Source: Candidatus Peribacteraceae bacterium (GTDB lineage Bacteria > Patescibacteriota > Gracilibacteria > Peribacterales > Peribacteraceae). From it: DNA of 33,411 bases. Each line of letters starts with the position of its first letter. The first letter of the stretch is position 1. The position numbers and the translations under genes were made by a program. Below are positions 24,702-31,387 of this stretch, in pieces. The stretch spans positions 1-33,411 of the forward strand of contig DATDVK010000110.1 of the NCBI GenBank assembly GCA_035290085.1, given 5' to 3'. The notes under the pieces were generated by a model that made no database searches, had not been told where the DNA came from, and saw only the letters and a program-made list of their open reading frames with translations.

Positions 24702-25262
24702 ATGGCAGCCGGTGTGCTCGCATTGCAGGGGAATTTCGCAGATCATTGCCGCGTGCTCCGGAGCATCGGGTGTGTCTGCAAGGAAGTGCGCTCACTGCAT
24801 GATCTCGTTCTCGTTGACCGCCTCATCATTCCCGGGGGAGAGAGCACGGTCATCGGGAAACTCCTCCAGGAGTCCGGACTTGCTCAGGAGATCAACCGCC
24901 GCCGCAGGGAAGGGAGGTTCCCGGTGTTCGGCACGTGCGCAGGCGCCATCGTCCTTGCGGACGAAGTCACGGGGACTCCGGTTCCCTCCCTCCGCCTCAT
25001 AGACATGTGCATCGAGCGAAATGCATACGGGCGGCAGTTGCAGAGCTTCCAAACGGATCTTGTTCTCCACGGTCATGCTGCGCCTGTGCCAGTTTCCTTC
25101 ATCAGGGCTCCGAGAATTGTACGCATGGGGCCTTCGGTCAATGTCCTGGCGACGCACGGCGGTTATCCTGTGCTGGTGCGACAGGGAGATGTGCTGGCGG
25201 CCACATTCCATCCCGAAGTGCATGAGGAAGCAGTGCTCCACAGATTGTTCATGGAGATGTGA
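24702..25262 (+). CDS. pdxT: Pyridoxal 5'-phosphate synthase glutaminase subunit
   Basis: Motifs GVLALQGN, IIPGGEST and the FGTCAG catalytic Cys. It starts 2 nt after pdxS. Confidence 0.92.
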   Translation: MAAGVLALQGNFADHCRVLRSIGCVCKEVRSLHDLVLVDRLIIPGGESTVIGKLLQESGLAQEINRRRREGRFPVFGTCAGAIVLADEVTGTPVPSLRLIDMCIERNAYGRQLQSFQTDLVLHGHAAPVPVSFIRAPRIVRMGPSVNVLATHGGYPVLVRQGDVLAATFHPEVHEEAVLHRLFMEM

Positions 25263-25292
25263 AAGGCGGAGATTTTCGGTATACTTTTCTCT

Positions 25293-25913
25293 GTGTCGGC
25301 GTTCCTCACCATTGCTGTCATCCATTTTCTGGCTGTTGTGAGCCCTGGTCCGGATTTTGCCATCGTGACCCGGAATAGCCTGAGTTACTCACGGAGGGAC
25401 GGTGTTGCCACCGCGGCGGGGTGCGGACTGGGTATCCTTGTTCACGTTTCCTATTCGCTCCTCGGGATCGGACTCCTGATCTCGCGGTCCATTTTGCTTT
25501 TCACCATTATCAAGTACATTGGTGCTGCCTACCTTATCTACATCGGGTGGAAAGCGCTGGCTTCGAAGCCAGAGAAGGTTTCTGCTCTGTGTGCCCAGAA
25601 GCTGCGACCGATCACTCTGAGGCAAGCGTTTTGCAATGGTTTCTTCACGAATGTTCTCAACCCGAAAGCGACACTGTTCATGCTGGCACTTTTTACGCAG
25701 GTGATCGAGCCTTCTACTCCCGTAGCTGTCCAGGCTTTCTACGGGATCTACATGGGTGTTGCTACATTCGTGTGGTTTTCATTCATTGCTTCTGTTTTTT
25801 CTCTCCGTGCCATCAGGCAGTGCCTCGGGGACATCCAGTCGGGCATCGAACGTTCCATGGGTGCGGTGTTGATTGCCCTGGGTCTGAAAGTGGCACTTTC
25901 GGCACAGGAGTAG
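25293..25913 (+). CDS. LysE/RhtB family amino-acid exporter
   Basis: 206 aa with about 6 hydrophobic helices and an N-terminal VSPGPDF motif. The GTG start lies 7 nt after GGTATACT (25278-25285). Confidence 0.82.
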   Translation: MSAFLTIAVIHFLAVVSPGPDFAIVTRNSLSYSRRDGVATAAGCGLGILVHVSYSLLGIGLLISRSILLFTIIKYIGAAYLIYIGWKALASKPEKVSALCAQKLRPITLRQAFCNGFFTNVLNPKATLFMLALFTQVIEPSTPVAVQAFYGIYMGVATFVWFSFIASVFSLRAIRQCLGDIQSGIERSMGAVLIALGLKVALSAQE

Positions 25914-25919
25914 GGAGAG

Positions 25920-25935
25920 GGAAGAAGCTTCTTCC
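25920..25935. terminator. Perfect 16-nt palindrome ggaagaagcttcttcc between convergent genes
   Basis: Read directly. It has no loop or U-tract and overlaps the stop of the minus-strand gene, so a terminator role is uncertain. Confidence 0.25.
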
Positions 25936-26606
25936 TACTCTTCTGTTCCTTCCACTTCCTCTTTCTCATAGAGTGCCTCTTCCCGTTCCCGAACTTCCTG
26001 CCGGATGCACATGATGCGCTGTGCTCCCCGCTTGTAGCGGCACACAACTTCTGCTTCCTTCTGGAAATCCTGCCTCTTCTCGAGTTTTTCACGGATTTCC
26101 CGTTCCATTGTCTGCATATCTGCTCTGCGGAGGGACCGGATATCTTCGTACTTTTCAAGATTCTCGCTTCTCCCGCGGATCTGCTGGCTTACACGATTGC
26201 GGACATTATCGCCTGTGCGATTCTGTATGAACTGGTTACTCGATTCTATGGTTCTCTGTGTCTGTGAGGAGCGTATACGCTCCGTGCGTGACTGCTGTCG
26301 TTTCTCCCTCTGTCCAGCCAAACGGCTGATATCCTCCTGTTTTTTCACAGTATTCAGACAGCGGCGCACGTAGAAACGCAGAGGGTTATCCACTTCCCAG
26401 AGGTACCCGATGTTTCCTGTGGAGAATCGGATGGATTCCTCATCAATTCCCACTGCTTTCATGCAAGCTGCTTCTGCTTCTTCCTCGGTTGCAAACGGTC
26501 CCTCCACTTCCAGGTACTTTTTTACAACCGGGCGTGCGGCAAATGCCACGGTTGGAATGAGCAGTACAAAGAGCGTACCGGTGGCAATAAAGGAGTGGAG
26601 TTTCAT
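25935..26606 (-). CDS. Secreted hypothetical protein, R/E/K/Q-rich C-terminal half
   Basis: MKLHSFIATGTLFVLLIPTVAFAARP is a signal peptide. The track N-terminal extension to 26849 overlaps the upstream gene. No family was recognised. Confidence 0.6.
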   Translation of the reverse strand: MKLHSFIATGTLFVLLIPTVAFAARPVVKKYLEVEGPFATEEEAEAACMKAVGIDEESIRFSTGNIGYLWEVDNPLRFYVRRCLNTVKKQEDISRLAGQREKRQQSRTERIRSSQTQRTIESSNQFIQNRTGDNVRNRVSQQIRGRSENLEKYEDIRSLRRADMQTMEREIREKLEKRQDFQKEAEVVCRYKRGAQRIMCIRQEVREREEALYEKEEVEGTEE

Positions 26607-26694
26607 AAGGAGAGGGGGTACCCGCAATTTTGCGCGTAGACTGCTTTTCGTGCAAACGCATCCTATTGGCACAGCCCTGAAACCTGACATAGAT

Positions 26695-28557
26695 TCAAAG
26701 GACTGTCCCGGGAGAATCACCTCTGCCAGACACTGATTCCTGTACTGGCAGAAGGACGATTTTCCCGTCGGGATCCCCCTGTCCTGCGGGGAGATACTTC
26801 TTCCCTTCATCCATGAAGAGTAGTGCACAGAGGTGTTCCTGCTTTGCAAGCGGCAATTGTTTCTCTGTCATGCTCACGAACCGGATATCTGTGCCCATCT
26901 GTTTTGCTCTCACAAAAAGTGGATAGTGATAGTACGAGAGCACACCGACGTTGTGGCAATCCATTCGCATCAGTTCGTCGATTGCATGTTCGTACGCGGT
27001 TTGCTTCTGGGGGCCGAGATCGTAGAAATACTGCGGCCACCTGTCGGCTATAAGAATGGAAGGAGCTCCCTTCCCCATCAGGAGCGTATTGGGAACAATG
27101 GGATTTAAGTCGCTGAAAAGCAGGGCGGGGATCGCTGCAACGTACAGAAATACCGCAATGAGTCGCAGCCATTTTCTTGAGGTAGCCGTAGCGAATGCTA
27201 TGCCGACTACAGGAGCAGCCAGTATGAGGAAGGGCATATGGAGTCTTGTCCCGTAAGGATTCCAACTGAGGAATGACCAGGTGATCACAAGACCGCCGAG
27301 GATGGCACCTAGGTACCAGTAATGCTGCTTTTTCTTGGGGAGAGAGAGCAGTGGCACACTCACAACACTTAGAATAATGATAAGGAAATGGAATGGGTTT
27401 CCGGCAAATACTTCATGCGTTTGTGATTTTGGGATATTGAATTCTTGGGATTCGGTGTTTGTACGGTCGATTTCTACGTGCATCACTGCATGTATGTTCT
27501 GGATACCTCGTTCGACAAATGGATTACCGACCATAAGTAATCCTGTTTCGAGGGAGGCATTCTTCAAAATATTCGAAGCGGCAATCGCCGGAGAAAATTC
27601 AGTGTTGATGTTTGTTGCCATATCTTTTCTTGGAACGAGGAAATGCCCAATACTTTCGATGTTTCGGAGGTACTGTGTGGCATTCAGGCTAAGAGCGATG
27701 CTGCCGACTATCAGTGCATGAGAAAGCAGGCGGGTTGGTTGCTTGCGGAGCGAAAGGATGTACCAGAGCACGAATGCGGGGGCGAAAAAATAAGCATTCA
27801 GTTTTGTGAGTAAGCTGAGTCCGAGCACTACTCCTATACGAAGAGCGTTTGCCGGGGATTGGCTGCATCTGTCCCTGAGGATGAGATATGCCAGCATGAG
27901 CAGCCAGAAGGTCACTGCGTGTGTCGCCGTTGCGTTCGTGGACTGCAGTATTCCTATGGGGAGTGTTGCAGCGAAAACCAGTGCAAAGCGTACTGTTCGC
28001 CGCTCCGCGCCGAGCTCTCTGGCGATGAGTGTCACCAGGAAGAGCGAGCCGGCGAATGCGAGCCACTGGGGCATGTGGGCCAGCAGGTCTGAGTCTGTGA
28101 GGAGATAGAGCTGTGCAATGAGGTACTCCGTCAGTGGTGGCATGTACAGCTGCCGCAAATCGAGCGCAGGGTAGTGCACAACGGATTGGTGCTGCACCCA
28201 GTACGCCACTCTTGTCATGTGGTAGCTGATGGAGTCGTGATTGTTCGGAGGTGTGGAGATCGCAATAGCGAAGGTGACGAGGAGGATTGTCCCGATGAGG
28301 ATGACGGTGATCGTCTCTCCTCTGAGTATGTTTCTGGTGTACGAGAGGAATGATCTGCGCTGTTCCCAGAGTTTCTTTCCAAAGAGCAGCCACCCAACGA
28401 TGCCCACGATGCTCCACAGGAACACCACCCATAGTGCGTTCAGCGCATGGAAAAAAGAGAGAAGTTCTGTGATGCCTACAATGGCCACTCCAAAGAAAAG
28501 TGTGATGTCAACGAGGAGGGGCACTTCGAACAAGTGTTCTTTCCCATCTGTTCGCAT
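26695..28557 (-). CDS. Polytopic membrane protein, GT-C fold glycosyltransferase-like (ArnT/PMT, GT39/GT83-like)
   Basis: About 620 aa with many hydrophobic helices. The first-loop motif PPNNHDSISYHMTRVAYW resembles the family. The ATG at 28557 is preferred because the first 12 codons of the track ORF (to 28593) lie in the MITE-like element and its -35/-10 boxes. Confidence 0.55.
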   Translation of the reverse strand: MRTDGKEHLFEVPLLVDITLFFGVAIVGITELLSFFHALNALWVVFLWSIVGIVGWLLFGKKLWEQRRSFLSYTRNILRGETITVILIGTILLVTFAIAISTPPNNHDSISYHMTRVAYWVQHQSVVHYPALDLRQLYMPPLTEYLIAQLYLLTDSDLLAHMPQWLAFAGSLFLVTLIARELGAERRTVRFALVFAATLPIGILQSTNATATHAVTFWLLMLAYLILRDRCSQSPANALRIGVVLGLSLLTKLNAYFFAPAFVLWYILSLRKQPTRLLSHALIVGSIALSLNATQYLRNIESIGHFLVPRKDMATNINTEFSPAIAASNILKNASLETGLLMVGNPFVERGIQNIHAVMHVEIDRTNTESQEFNIPKSQTHEVFAGNPFHFLIIILSVVSVPLLSLPKKKQHYWYLGAILGGLVITWSFLSWNPYGTRLHMPFLILAAPVVGIAFATATSRKWLRLIAVFLYVAAIPALLFSDLNPIVPNTLLMGKGAPSILIADRWPQYFYDLGPQKQTAYEHAIDELMRMDCHNVGVLSYYHYPLFVRAKQMGTDIRFVSMTEKQLPLAKQEHLCALLFMDEGKKYLPAGQGDPDGKIVLLPVQESVSGRGDSPGTVL

Positions 28558-28564
28558 AGCCAGT

Positions 28565-28593
28565 ATTCTAGACACGGCGTCGTTCCCAATCAA
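28565..28593 (-). promoter_or_regulatory. Promoter TTGATT - 17 nt - TAGAAT, 7 nt before the ATG at 28557 (leaderless-type)
   Basis: On the minus strand, -35 TTGATT lies at 28593-28588 and -10 TAGAAT at 28570-28565. The TAG is the terminal triplet of the inverted repeat, the same geometry as at trpS. Confidence 0.5.
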
Positions 28594-28705
28594 ACTTTCA
28601 CCCGACTCCGCAGGAGGCCACGGCCGTAAGGCCGTGGAGCTTCACTGGCTTTGCACAGCCATTATCGTGGCAATGATGTTCACCGACAAACGACGCCGTG
28701 TCTAG
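28568..28705 (-). mobile_element. MITE-like palindromic element, copy 2 (perfect 17-bp terminal inverted repeats, ~104-bp core with a GC hairpin)
   Basis: ctagacacggcgtcgtt (28568-28584) pairs with aacgacgccgtgtctag (28689-28705). The reverse complement of the right end, ctagacacggcgtcgtttgtcg, matches the copy 1 left end over 22 nt. The internal hairpin is ccacggcc-gtaa-ggccgtgg (28618-28637). Confidence 0.55.
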
Positions 28706-28730
28706 TTGGAGGTGAACGGCGATGCCACTT

Positions 28731-28876
28731 CTCATACCACTTCGCGTTTATAAACGATGCCAGTGCACTGCAGTTTTGCAGAAGCAATTCTTGGCTTGTG
28801 CAAACGCTACGCGGTACGAGGAGAGGAAGTCTCCGTTCTCGAGATTAGTATCTTTATTATTGCTGCCAAGTGTCAG
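28731..28876. repeat. 145-nt intergenic repeat, copy B
   Basis: By hand alignment it is roughly 75-80% identical to copy C over its whole length. The right end overlaps the MFS stop codon. Confidence 0.8.
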
Positions 28877-30027
28877 AAAAAGATGATCGGCAGTGCACTC
28901 ACGCTTCCGATGAAGAAGGAAGTCCGGATGCCATTGGTGAGGAACATCAGTCCAAGGAAGAGCATCGTACGTCCGAAGAGGAGAGAAAACTCTTTGAACG
29001 CAAAGAATTCGAGCGGCGATGCACTCTTTTTTGCCGATTCGTTGACAATACACTCAAATGGAACGTCCACGAGTATCTTCACCGTTGCGGCAATAACGGC
29101 TAGGTAGACGAGGAGTGTGGAATGGAGGGCAATGCCGAGGACGGCGAGCATGACTGCTGTCGCGACGACACCGATTCTGAGGACAGTACGTCTCCCGAGC
29201 CTGTCCACGCTGTGGCCGATTTTCATGGCGCAGAATACATTGCAGAGAGTGATGACAGACATAGCGGTACCCAGGAAGACAATGTCGCTTCTGCCGAGGA
29301 ACAGGGCAATCGGAAGAACAGCGAAGAATATGAATCCTTTTATGCCGTAGAGATTGAGCATGAGGAACATTTTCCGGTGGGTGCGGAAGTAGTGCCGGAA
29401 GTTTGTGAGCCGGAAGTGCGGGTGGTCCATGTTGCCCTCCACGAATGCGATGGGCACGACGGAGAATATGAGTACGAGGGAGACAATGGTGTAGAGCATG
29501 GCATAGCCAAACGTCATGACCACCCATCCTCCGGCAAGTGGGCCAAAGATTGTTCCCAGTGTGGGGAGTGCGATAAATTTGCTGGTTTGTGCTCCTTCGT
29601 GCCTGCGGGACATTACCTGTGAGAACAAGGAACTGATGGAGAGGGTGTAGAGACAGGAAGAGGTTCCGAGCAGCAGGGCAGGGAAGAGGTAGTACGATTG
29701 CAGCGAAGTGTTGGAGTTCATGGCACCGAGGTAGACGAGTGCCCCTACGAGAATGGGTGTGCGCAGGAGCACAACTTCCTTGATACCAACACGGCTGATG
29801 ATCATGCCGGAGAGAGGCGCCAGCAATCCAAAACACACCCATTCGACGAGGAGAAAGAGAAATGTCTGCCGGAGGGAAAATCCTAATTGCAGCAGCTGTA
29901 TGGGCACGAAGACGGAGATCATGGAAATAGCGATGGATTTCACTACTAAGTGCACATAGATGCCCCGGAGCTCCTCCTTCATCTGGCAGATTTTACTGAT
30001 GTGGTGCTGGTGTTGTTTGGTGTACAT
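28873..30027 (-). CDS. MFS transporter
   Basis: 384 aa with about 12 hydrophobic helices and the motif-A-like VDRLGRR. TGGTAAAAT (30046-30038, minus strand) lies 10 nt upstream of the ATG. Confidence 0.75.
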   Translation of the reverse strand: MYTKQHQHHISKICQMKEELRGIYVHLVVKSIAISMISVFVPIQLLQLGFSLRQTFLFLLVEWVCFGLLAPLSGMIISRVGIKEVVLLRTPILVGALVYLGAMNSNTSLQSYYLFPALLLGTSSCLYTLSISSLFSQVMSRRHEGAQTSKFIALPTLGTIFGPLAGGWVVMTFGYAMLYTIVSLVLIFSVVPIAFVEGNMDHPHFRLTNFRHYFRTHRKMFLMLNLYGIKGFIFFAVLPIALFLGRSDIVFLGTAMSVITLCNVFCAMKIGHSVDRLGRRTVLRIGVVATAVMLAVLGIALHSTLLVYLAVIAATVKILVDVPFECIVNESAKKSASPLEFFAFKEFSLLFGRTMLFLGLMFLTNGIRTSFFIGSVSALPIIFF

Positions 30028-30112
30028 GTATCAGTGCATTTTACCATATTTTCGTTTTTTTGGGTATCTCCTGCACTGTCAGCTCTCAGGAAATCCTAAG
30101 GTTTGAGTGGGC

Positions 30113-31066
30113 TCATACCCGTGGTTTCACTGTGTGCTCCGGCTCCTTCCCGGCCAGGAACTGATCGATGGACTCGAAGCAGTCAATGAACATGTTCTTC
30201 ATGCTGTCATCAGCGTAGAACGCGATGTGTGGCGTGGAGACGACGTTCGGGAGCTTGATGAGTTCTTTGTTCTCCTTGAAATTCTGTTCGTGCTCCAGCA
30301 CATCGAGCAGCGCGTACGCAACCTTGCCGCTCTTCAGTGCCTTGAGCAGGGCGTCGGAATCTATGAGGGAGCCGCGGGCGGTGTTCACCAGCACGACACC
30401 TTTGCGCATAGCTGCGAAGGCTTTTGCATTGATGATGTGCTCCGTCTCTTTGAGGGCCGGTATGTGCAGCGTAATGATATCGCTCTGCGAGAACAGTTCC
30501 GGAAGTTCCACGTACGTCACACCGAGGAGGTCTTCCAGTTCTGCGACGTGTACATGGTCACTCGCAAGGATTCTCATACCGAAGCCGTGCGCAATCTGTG
30601 CCACGCGGCGCCCGATCTTCCCCGTGCCAACAATGCCGATAGTCTTCCCGCGCAGCGCCATGCCGCGCAGGCCGTGGTAGTCGAATGTGCCTCCCTCCAC
30701 GCGGTCGTCCGCTTCCGCAACATGGCGGAGAGCACTGAGGAGCAGGGCGAAAACATGCTCTGCAATGACATGCGAACCGTAGTCCGGAACATTACAGACG
30801 ACGATGCCCCGTCTCTTACATTCTTCCATGTCGATGTGGTCGTACCCCACGGAGCGTGCTGCAACCAGTTTGAGCTTCGGGAGTGTATCAAGATCTTTCT
30901 TCTTCAGCTGTGAGTAAATGAATGTGGAGAGGATTTCTGCATTCTTGCACCGCTCCGGCACACCTTTGTCCTGGAGTTTCCCCGGGAGGACAAGACTCTT
31001 TCGGTATTTTGTCTGCACCTCTTTTTTGTCATCAGGCTCTATCTCGAGAAATACGATGTTGCTCAT
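30113..31066 (-). CDS. D-isomer-specific 2-hydroxyacid dehydrogenase (D-lactate/phosphoglycerate dehydrogenase-like)
   Basis: 317 aa. Motifs GIVGTGKIGRRVA (NAD site), NTARGSLID and STPHIAF. Confidence 0.88.
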   Translation of the reverse strand: MSNIVFLEIEPDDKKEVQTKYRKSLVLPGKLQDKGVPERCKNAEILSTFIYSQLKKKDLDTLPKLKLVAARSVGYDHIDMEECKRRGIVVCNVPDYGSHVIAEHVFALLLSALRHVAEADDRVEGGTFDYHGLRGMALRGKTIGIVGTGKIGRRVAQIAHGFGMRILASDHVHVAELEDLLGVTYVELPELFSQSDIITLHIPALKETEHIINAKAFAAMRKGVVLVNTARGSLIDSDALLKALKSGKVAYALLDVLEHEQNFKENKELIKLPNVVSTPHIAFYADDSMKNMFIDCFESIDQFLAGKEPEHTVKPRV

Positions 31067-31089
31067 AGAATAGTGGAGGAGTTGCTTCT

Positions 31090-31233
31090 ATCATACCACT
31101 TCGCGTTTAAACGATACCAATGCACCGCAGTTTGGCAGAAGCAATTGCTGACTTGTACAAACGCTACGCGGTACAAGAGGAGAGAGTTTCCATTTTCAGG
31201 AACAGTATCCTTGTAATTGCAACTTGGCATCAT
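31090..31233. repeat. 145-nt intergenic repeat, copy C (between divergent genes)
   Basis: Same blocks as copies A and B. The left end reads TGGTATGAT on the minus strand, 23 nt upstream of the dehydrogenase ATG. Confidence 0.8.
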
Positions 31234-31387
31234 CATGCAATAGCCTTTCTTTGTGAAGGGATTCTTGGTGGAGGAGATCCTTCTGCACTGCCGTATTCAT
31301 GCCTTCTGTATAAATTTGTTATATGCAAGACACTTGAATACTCAGCTTGGCAAACTATGCTGCTACCGTACGTTTCCCGCTCTTCCT

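Noticed and set aside
28796-28830. GTACCGCG octamer (minus strand) in the 145-nt repeats as a T-box core
   Set aside because: Only 8 nt match. The preceding GGGUG is missing, and the downstream genes are not aminoacyl-tRNA synthetases or amino-acid biosynthesis genes.
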